Positions 32,960 through 40,171 of a DNA stretch of 48,299 nucleotides are shown in pieces; positions within the stretch are counted from its first letter, which is position 1, and the number at the start of each line of letters is the position of its first letter. The stretch is taken from assembly GCA_029932365.1 (NCBI GenBank), contig JAOZQG010000001.1, positions 1 through 48,299 on the forward strand, written 5' to 3'. The notes beneath the pieces are model-generated. The model was not told the DNA's origin, ran no database searches, and saw nothing but the letters and a program-made list of their open reading frames with translations. The position numbers were made by a program, and so were the translations under genes. This stretch comes from a bacterium (GTDB lineage Bacteria > 4484-113).

Positions 32960-35900
32960 ATGGGGATTCTTCGCGTTCTGTCGGAGCTTATAGGAGGCGT
33001 ATCCCTGAAAAAGGCAGCGGAGCTGCTGCGCAGGGGAAAGGCCGAGGACGCGCTTAAGATTATTCAGAAGCTTTCCGAGCAAATGCCCTCCCCTCCGCCG
33101 GACGACAAGCTCGACGAATACGCTGAGCTTCACGCGCAGTGGGGACGTTGCCTGGCCAAGCTCAAGGACCCGGCTGCACTGGAGCATTTTGTCATCTCTC
33201 ACGAAGCCCGGTCCAACGAGTCGTTGCTGCGCGAAGGAGCTATCCTGATCGAAGAGCTGGGTTTGGTCTCGCCCCAGGCGACGGATTACATACTGCGTCT
33301 ATCCAAGCTGACCGAAGGCGAAAAGGGATTCCTGCTGAGCTACGCGAAGGAACTTGTCGGCGACGGCGATGTTACGCTGGACGACACCGAATTCGAGCTT
33401 GTCGTGGAGGCCAGCAAGGCTTTCACCCTGTGGAAGGGTGGAAGCAGCCTGATCGCCGACAGATTCCTCGCCCAGGGACGCGAGGACGAAGAAGCCATCG
33501 AGATCTACCGCATAGCGTATCCTACGCGCAAGAACGATGAAAAGCTGGTCAACGTTGTGCTCTCTCACCTTATTGCTGACAGCGAGCGCAGCGACTTCGC
33601 AGCGACGCTGTATCGCGACCTGCTGGACTCCGGGCAGGAGAACGATGACGCGCTGCGCCTGCTGGCCGAATACTACGTGGAGCAGCACGAGGTCACTCCC
33701 GGCACCATAGATTACATAACCAAGGCTCTTGAAAAGAAGCTGCCGCGACGCGACGTGCTGGAGAGCCTGGCTGCATACCTGCTTAAAACAAGGAAAGAAT
33801 TCCTGGACAAGAAGAAGCTCCTGCTTCTCGTGTTCCGCGCGGGTTACTTCAATAAAAACGTCCTCGCCTTCCTGGCGCAGGCCTTCGCCGAGGAGGGCAA
33901 CTTCAGCGACGAAGCCCTGATGGCCTACGAGGAGGCGCTGAAGAATAACCTGCTCACCAAGCGCATCACGCTGGTGCTGACCGAGCATTTCCTCGGCGAG
34001 GACCGGCGGGACGAGTTCGCCTGCAAGGTATACGAGCACTATCTGGGAGCGTGGCCCGAGCGTAAAACGCCCCGGCTGTACGCGCTGCTGGCCGCGACCT
34101 ATGTAGAAAAGAAGCGGATAGACGAACAGGCGCAGTCCATTTACGAAAGCACGCTCGCTCATGATCCGAGCAACTCGGAAATCCTTCCCCTGCTTGCCGC
34201 CAGTTACCTCACGTATGAAACCCGCCAGCCCAAAGCGTACTCGGTTTACGAGCGCGCCTTCCCCTACATCGAAGACGAAGAGATTCGCAACCGCATCGCT
34301 TTGCTGCTTGCCGAGCACCGGATAGAGGACGGCAACTACGACAAACGCACCCTCGATTACATCGAGCTGGCCCTGCAGTCCGCGACCGGCGAACGCAGAG
34401 AGCGGCTCTACGAGGCTCGCACGAAGTGCTTCCTGACGCTTAACCGACGCGACAAAGAAGCCGTAAAGGTCTATCTGGACCTTTACAACGAGCTGGGCGA
34501 GGAGCGAACAGAGGACGTCAGGCTCATAGCCATCCTCTCCGACATCCTCATCGAGAAGCCGGAAGAGGTCGATATTGAAGAGGGTCTGCGAAGACAGATT
34601 TTTTACGAGCGCTTCGAGAACGAGAAATTCAGCTGCCCGAAGAACATCGCCTTTTACTTGCTGGACCACGTACTCAGAGAAAATCCGGATTACAAGTACC
34701 GCATACACCTGGCGGTCCGCTGCCTGGAGGCTGACAGCGGGCACCTGGCCGACAAGCTGAAAGAGGCGGGAGAGCTGGATACGTTGCAGCTCGTCGGCCG
34801 CTTCTACCTTGAACGGTACAACTACGAGCTTGCCGCCCGTGCGTATTCCGTGGCCAACGAATACCACCACACGGAGGAAAACGATTATCAGCTGGCGAAG
34901 ATCCGCCTGTATGAAGGTAAAACGGAGCAGGCGCTGGCCCTGTTAGAAAAAGTGAAATCCGAGGAGAAAACGCCGCACGTCCTCTACTGGCGGGCGGCGG
35001 CATACCAGCAGGAAACAAGGCCCGACAAGGTAACGCCGCTGATTAAAAAGCTGGAACAGGAGGCCGATTCAATCCCCGAAGTGCTAATCAAACTGCGCAA
35101 GGGCCTTAACGCCGAACTGCTGGGAGACTACGGCGACGCGGTGGAGCTCTACAACGAATTGCTCGACAGCCCGGGGAGCATGCCCTACCGGCGCTGGGTG
35201 GACATTGAAATCGGGCTGGCGCTCTGGCGCATGGGCGCGACCGCGGAAGCGGAGAAAAAGCTCGGCGAGGTCTACCGTTATAATCCCAACGGCCGGGCGG
35301 AGCAGCGCAACTACTCCTACATCCTAGTTCTGCACGGCTTCGAACTAATACAGGAAGGAAAGTGGGAAGACGCATTAAACAACTTTCTCGAAAGCGTCGA
35401 AGCAAACCGAAACGACCGCCTGCTAAGAAGCGTTATCGTTGATTTACTGCTCAACTACGCCAAACGGTTCTTCTTTGACAGCGAATACGAGAGAGCGGTG
35501 CAGATTCTTGAGGTCGCACACCGCATCCTGCCGAAGAGCATCGAGGCCAAGACCTATCTGGCCTACTCCTACCACCTGCTTAGTCAATATGCGAAGGCGC
35601 TTATCTACTACCGCGACATCACCTGGACGACAGATGCACCGACACTGGAACGGTCGCAAGCTTACTGCTACCTGCAAAATAAGCAAACCCGTAAGGCCTG
35701 GCGGGTTTTTCTGGACCTCAAGCGGCGCGGAACCCTGCTGCCGGCGAATATCCCGCTGCTACTGGACGCCTATCTTTCCGATAAAGAACAGGAAGGAAGC
35801 GAAACATTCAAGGAGTTTGAATTCCCCGAGGACGTGAAAAGCCCCATTCCCTTCGCGGCGTTCTACATCCACGACGGTTTGCACGACCGCGCGCTGGAGC

Positions 35901-36934
35901 TTCTTACCAAGCACGCCAAAGGCGATTTGCAGGAGATGCAGCGCTTGTGGTTTCTGGGAAAAGCCTCAGCGAAGAAAGGTGACCGCAAACTGGCGGTGAC
36001 CTACTGGAAGCAGCTGCTAAAGGCATCGCAGAGCCGGCCCACCCACGATGAAACCAAGCTCTCCCAGCTTCTCGAAATCGGGCTCGCGTTTTTGCAGGCG
36101 GGCTACGCCCAGGAAGCAATGGAGACGTGGGAAGACCTCAAGAAGCTCGACGAAAAGTTTCAGCACCTGCCGAAGCTTTATGCCTACACGCTTAACCTAA
36201 ACGCTTACACCCTCGCGCAGAAGGACAACCTGAAGCTCGCCATCGCCGAATGGGAAAAAGCCATTGAATACGACCCGGACAACCTGGCCATTCTGCAGAA
36301 CATGGCTATCGCCTATATGGCGGCTGAGGAATTCGACCTATCCGCACTGCACTGGCGTAAACTGATGAGCCGCTGGAAGGTCATGATAGACCGTGACCCG
36401 CACATCCATGCTCATCTCACGGTCGCGATGGGCGAAGTGGAACGGGTGCTGTCAGACGTGTTCGTCGCCAAGATGCAGGAAGCGGACGAGGCATACGTCG
36501 CCAAGACCGAAGAGATGGTGGATTACTACCAGAAGGCGAATCAATTCTACTGGATACTGGGGCTCAACAAGAACGCCACGAAAGGGCAGATAGAAAAAAG
36601 CTACTTCAGGCTGGTCAAGATATTCGACCCGGAGCGCCACGCGTCCGACTTCATGCTGCTTGAAGACGCTTACGCGAATCTTACCAATCCACGCAAGCGG
36701 GAGCGCATCGACATATTCGCCTACAATCCGGTGGACGCGGGCAGGCTGCGCCAGATCGTGCTGGGAGACCGACGTGTGGGTTCGGTGTTTGAAGAGTTAA
36801 ACCTGCACGTTACGGTTCCTGGGCCGGACTATTCGCAGCTTGAACCCGATGACACTCCTCCCGAAGAAATAATCGCCAAACTGGCCGACTCGATACAGAT
36901 TTACTTCAAGCTGGGAGACATATCCGTAGTATGA
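32960..36934 (+). CDS. giant TPR-repeat protein with C-terminal J-like domain lacking HPD
   Basis: 1324 aa of helical-repeat sequence with recurrent A..Y..AL / W...A...Y TPR-like patterns. The C-terminus FYWILGLNKNATKGQIEKSYFRLVKIFDPERHASDFMLLEDAYANLTNPRKRERID matches the J-domain helix I-III layout. Confidence 0.8.
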   Translation: MGILRVLSELIGGVSLKKAAELLRRGKAEDALKIIQKLSEQMPSPPPDDKLDEYAELHAQWGRCLAKLKDPAALEHFVISHEARSNESLLREGAILIEELGLVSPQATDYILRLSKLTEGEKGFLLSYAKELVGDGDVTLDDTEFELVVEASKAFTLWKGGSSLIADRFLAQGREDEEAIEIYRIAYPTRKNDEKLVNVVLSHLIADSERSDFAATLYRDLLDSGQENDDALRLLAEYYVEQHEVTPGTIDYITKALEKKLPRRDVLESLAAYLLKTRKEFLDKKKLLLLVFRAGYFNKNVLAFLAQAFAEEGNFSDEALMAYEEALKNNLLTKRITLVLTEHFLGEDRRDEFACKVYEHYLGAWPERKTPRLYALLAATYVEKKRIDEQAQSIYESTLAHDPSNSEILPLLAASYLTYETRQPKAYSVYERAFPYIEDEEIRNRIALLLAEHRIEDGNYDKRTLDYIELALQSATGERRERLYEARTKCFLTLNRRDKEAVKVYLDLYNELGEERTEDVRLIAILSDILIEKPEEVDIEEGLRRQIFYERFENEKFSCPKNIAFYLLDHVLRENPDYKYRIHLAVRCLEADSGHLADKLKEAGELDTLQLVGRFYLERYNYELAARAYSVANEYHHTEENDYQLAKIRLYEGKTEQALALLEKVKSEEKTPHVLYWRAAAYQQETRPDKVTPLIKKLEQEADSIPEVLIKLRKGLNAELLGDYGDAVELYNELLDSPGSMPYRRWVDIEIGLALWRMGATAEAEKKLGEVYRYNPNGRAEQRNYSYILVLHGFELIQEGKWEDALNNFLESVEANRNDRLLRSVIVDLLLNYAKRFFFDSEYERAVQILEVAHRILPKSIEAKTYLAYSYHLLSQYAKALIYYRDITWTTDAPTLERSQAYCYLQNKQTRKAWRVFLDLKRRGTLLPANIPLLLDAYLSDKEQEGSETFKEFEFPEDVKSPIPFAAFYIHDGLHDRALELLTKHAKGDLQEMQRLWFLGKASAKKGDRKLAVTYWKQLLKASQSRPTHDETKLSQLLEIGLAFLQAGYAQEAMETWEDLKKLDEKFQHLPKLYAYTLNLNAYTLAQKDNLKLAIAEWEKAIEYDPDNLAILQNMAIAYMAAEEFDLSALHWRKLMSRWKVMIDRDPHIHAHLTVAMGEVERVLSDVFVAKMQEADEAYVAKTEEMVDYYQKANQFYWILGLNKNATKGQIEKSYFRLVKIFDPERHASDFMLLEDAYANLTNPRKRERIDIFAYNPVDAGRLRQIVLGDRRVGSVFEELNLHVTVPGPDYSQLEPDDTPPEEIIAKLADSIQIYFKLGDISVV

Positions 36935-37638
36935 AACGGACGCGGAAAAGCGATTCTATTCTACGACGGGCCGCCAGCCGCGTTGACTTCAGTTCGGAGC
37001 AACATTACAATCTAGTATTCGGCCTGGGAAGCAGGGGCGCGCCAGTCGCCCCCAAGGGGGATGTGTCCGGACACAGCCTGTACGAATACCAGACCGAGCT
37101 AAATCGTATTCGCATCGAGCTGTTTCGTTTGCAGCGGAATGTGAAAAATTTGCAGCTGCCGGCGCTGGAGGTTGTAGGACTTGACCGCGTCGGCGAGGAC
37201 CTTGACGGCTTAAAAGCGGAACTTCGCAGGCTTCTCGGCAAGGTGGAAAACGTAGCGAACCTGGACCCTATAAGGTCCGCCATTGAGGGATTCCTGGAAG
37301 TCGCGGATTCGTGCGAACGAGTGCTCGCGTCGGCGCGAAGCACCGAGGGGATTCCCCAAAGCGTCCTGACGGGCGTGGAGTCCATCTACCGGTTACTGCT
37401 TGCCAAGCTGAAGAGATTCGGCGTGGAGCCGATACCGGAAAGCGAGATGTTTGACCCTAACCGGCATATGGCGATAGCGACGGTGAAAGACCCCGCCAAG
37501 CCCGACGGGGCCATCTCGCAGGTTCAGCTTAGCGGTTACACGCTGGGGGACAAAGTGCTGCGCGCCGCGCAGGTCGTCGTAGTGCGCAATCGTCCCGGCG
37601 AGAGCGTGGAGAAGGGCAAGGCCAACTCGAAATTATAG
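36931..37638 (+). CDS. grpE: divergent GrpE-like nucleotide exchange factor
   Basis: C-terminal GrpE signature FGVEPIPESEMFDPNRHMAIATV...GYTLGDKVLRAAQVVVV. The N-terminal long-helix region is poorly conserved. ATGA overlap with the TPR gene. Confidence 0.65.
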   Translation: MKRTRKSDSILRRAASRVDFSSEQHYNLVFGLGSRGAPVAPKGDVSGHSLYEYQTELNRIRIELFRLQRNVKNLQLPALEVVGLDRVGEDLDGLKAELRRLLGKVENVANLDPIRSAIEGFLEVADSCERVLASARSTEGIPQSVLTGVESIYRLLLAKLKRFGVEPIPESEMFDPNRHMAIATVKDPAKPDGAISQVQLSGYTLGDKVLRAAQVVVVRNRPGESVEKGKANSKL

Positions 37639-37646
37639 GAGATATC

Positions 37647-39395
37647 ATGACGCAAATTGTTGGAATCGACTTGGGAACCACTAACTCCCTGGTTGCCGCG
37701 GTCATTGACGGCAAGCCTACGCTAATCCCTAACGAGCGCGGCAAGTTTATTACTCCTTCCGTAGTCGGGTTCACCGACACAGGTGAACTGCTCGTGGGCG
37801 ACCCGGCGAAGAACCAGGCGGTAGCCAATCCCGAACGCACAGTTACCAGCATCAAGCGCCTGATGGGCACCGACCGCCGCATCGTAATCGGGGAAAAGGA
37901 GTATTCGCCGCAGGAAATCTCCGCGGTCATCCTCAAGAAGCTGAAGCTCGACGCGGAGACGTACCTCGGTTCGGTGGTGAACGAGGCCATTATTACTGTG
38001 CCCGCGTACTTTACGGACGCGCAGCGGCAGGCCACTAAGGACGGAGGCGAAATCGCGGGATTTAAAGTGGAGCGCATCATAAACGAGCCCACCGCGGCGG
38101 CCCTGGCCTACGGCTTCGACAAGGGCGCGGAGGCGAAGACCATCCTTGTCTACGACCTCGGCGGCGGCACGTTCGACGTTTCGCTTATCCGGTTGGTCGA
38201 GGGCGCTTTCAAGGTTCTTGCCACTACCGGCAACAACAACCTAGGCGGCGACGACTTCGATTACCGTGTTGTGGAATACCTTATCGAGCGCTTCAAGGAC
38301 AAGGAGAAGGTCGACCTGAAGAATATCCCCGACGTGTCGCAGCAGCGCGCCATCCTTCAGCGCCTGAAGGAAGCCGCCGAAACGGCCAAGATCGACCTCT
38401 CGTCGCTTCTGGAAACGGAGGTTAACCTTCCGTTTATTTATACGGAGGGCGAGGAACCGCTTCACATGCACGAAACTCTGACCCGGGCGAAATACGAGGA
38501 ACTGGTATCCGACCTGGTGGAGCAGACCCAGCAGCCGATACAGCTTGCGCTATCCGATGCGAATCTGACGCCCGAGCAGGTTGACGCCATAATCTTAGTA
38601 GGCGGTATGACGAGAACGCCCATGGTGCAGCGGCTGGTTCGGGAAGAACTGGGTAAAGAAGCGCTCAAAGACATTAATCCTGAAGAATGCGTCGCCATGG
38701 GCGCGGCCATACAGGCTGGTATCAAGCGGGGATCGCTGGAGGAGTTCGTCGTCGTGGACGTTGCGCCGTTCACCCTCGGCATTGAAACCGAGGGCGACAA
38801 GTTCTCCCGCATCGTCCCCCGCAACACCGCCATACCTTGCTCGCGCAAGAGCCTTTACCGCACCACGGTGGACGCCCAGACCGAAGCGCTCATTCACGTG
38901 CTGCAGGGCGAAAGCGATAAAGCTTCGCAAAACGAATCACTGGGCGAATTCATACTCTCCGAGATCACGCCGGCGCCCCGGGGAGAATCGCTGGTTGAGG
39001 TCTTTTTCGACTACGACGTGAACGGAATCGTGAAAATCACCGCCAAAGACCGCAAGACCAGCCAGGGCAAGTCCATCACGATTAAGGCGTCCAAGAAGCG
39101 CCTTACGACCGACGAAGTGGCCCACGCCCAGCGCGATGTGAGCCGCCATACCGGCTCTATGCTGGCGCAGCGTGAGCGCTCTAAGGTGCTGTATGAAGCG
39201 GAGAATACGCTCAAGGACCTTACCGCGCTCATTCGCGCCGCCGAGAAGGGTGAAAAGAAAATTGACAGCCTTGAAATCTCCCGCCTTAGCGAGATGGCCA
39301 ACAAGATTAAGGAGGCTCTCAAATCCGAGGAACTCACCCTGCTGGAAGAACACATTGAGAAGGCCACAGGCCTAATCGCGGATTATTCCTACTAG
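37647..39395 (+). CDS. Hsp70-family chaperone, short HscC-like form
   Basis: IVGIDLGTTNSLVA, TVPAYFTDAQRQATKDGGEIAGF, RIINEPTAAALAYG, DLGGGTFDVS, LVGGMTRTPMV and DVAPFTLGIET. 582 aa with a shortened lid. TLIPNERGKFITPSVV resembles E. coli HscC (LIPN) rather than DnaK. AGGAGA SD site. Confidence 0.9.
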   Translation: MTQIVGIDLGTTNSLVAAVIDGKPTLIPNERGKFITPSVVGFTDTGELLVGDPAKNQAVANPERTVTSIKRLMGTDRRIVIGEKEYSPQEISAVILKKLKLDAETYLGSVVNEAIITVPAYFTDAQRQATKDGGEIAGFKVERIINEPTAAALAYGFDKGAEAKTILVYDLGGGTFDVSLIRLVEGAFKVLATTGNNNLGGDDFDYRVVEYLIERFKDKEKVDLKNIPDVSQQRAILQRLKEAAETAKIDLSSLLETEVNLPFIYTEGEEPLHMHETLTRAKYEELVSDLVEQTQQPIQLALSDANLTPEQVDAIILVGGMTRTPMVQRLVREELGKEALKDINPEECVAMGAAIQAGIKRGSLEEFVVVDVAPFTLGIETEGDKFSRIVPRNTAIPCSRKSLYRTTVDAQTEALIHVLQGESDKASQNESLGEFILSEITPAPRGESLVEVFFDYDVNGIVKITAKDRKTSQGKSITIKASKKRLTTDEVAHAQRDVSRHTGSMLAQRERSKVLYEAENTLKDLTALIRAAEKGEKKIDSLEISRLSEMANKIKEALKSEELTLLEEHIEKATGLIADYSY

Positions 39396-39417
39396 TACGG
39401 GTATACTGGTTGGCGAA

Positions 39418-40041
39418 TTGCTGTTGGCGCAGCTGAAAGAATGTCCCGTATGCCGCGGCGAGCTTTCCGGTCGCCCGGAGAAGTGCCCCGGGTGCGGCGT
39501 GGAACTTACGCCTTACTACGAGCAATTAGACGAGGCCAATAAGGCACTCGCTGAAGCCTTCAACGCCGCAACCCGGGGAGAGTTCGAGCACGCACGCGAG
39601 ATGGGAAGCAAGGCTCAGGCCATAATCCCGCTGGTTGAGGACCAGGTGTCGCTGTTACACGTTCGTATCGCCATCGGGGAACGGAGGCTCGCCGACGCCT
39701 GGGAAAAAGCCGAAAGCCTTCCAGACACCGTGCGAGAGAAATCGGAACTGCTTCACGAGATTGCGTCGCTGCACGAACTCGAGACAAGCGGCAAGCAGCA
39801 CTTCAATCTGGCGCTGACTTCCGCGTGCCACGAGTATTACGCCGACGCCTCCTACCACATCGAGCGGGCGGTCGAACTGATTCCCTATATCCCAGCGGTC
39901 TGGCGTTTGGCGGTGAAGATCGAGCTCAAACGTAGGAGATACGACTTTGCACGGAAGTACCTAGAGCAGGGCGTGCAGATGTTTCCAAACGAAAGATACC
40001 TCGCTTCGCTTGCTGAGGAGCTGAACCGCGACAACGCCTAA
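39418..40041 (+). CDS. zinc-ribbon plus TPR-like helical protein
   Basis: CPVCRGELSGRPEKCPGCG zinc ribbon at the N-terminus, then helical repeats. TTG start without a clear SD site, so the start is uncertain. Confidence 0.5.
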   Translation: MLLAQLKECPVCRGELSGRPEKCPGCGVELTPYYEQLDEANKALAEAFNAATRGEFEHAREMGSKAQAIIPLVEDQVSLLHVRIAIGERRLADAWEKAESLPDTVREKSELLHEIASLHELETSGKQHFNLALTSACHEYYADASYHIERAVELIPYIPAVWRLAVKIELKRRRYDFARKYLEQGVQMFPNERYLASLAEELNRDNA

Positions 40042-40117
40042 GCCGGTCGCTGCCGGCTAAGAGCCTGTATGTGTTCCTACTGAGCCACCGTCCGCGGACA
40101 ATTCCGAACAATGCAAG

Positions 40118-40148
40118 AAAAAGGGGCGCACCCCCTAGGGCACGCCCC
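40118..40148 (-). terminator. rho-independent terminator for the 40172..42952 gene
   Basis: On the minus strand, GGGGCG (complement of 40143-40148) pairs with CGCCCC (complement of 40123-40128) around a 14-nt loop with an inner CCC/GGG pairing. A T5 run follows (plus-strand A run 40118-40122). Confidence 0.55.
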
Positions 40149-40171
40149 TCCTTAGTTTGCGCCATACGGAA

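Noticed and set aside
33299-34870. 523-aa ORF on the minus strand, antisense to the TPR gene. Similar long antisense ORFs occur at 23283..24290, 46901..47869, 28447..29325, 12550..13437, 21044..21856, 26319..26987, 30296..31114 and 41432..42118.
   Set aside because: Each lies entirely inside a gene with clear family motifs on the other strand. Their translations are compositionally typical of antisense shadows in GC-rich DNA (Arg/Val/Leu/Gln-rich, no motifs, no signal or SD features). I treat them as non-coding.
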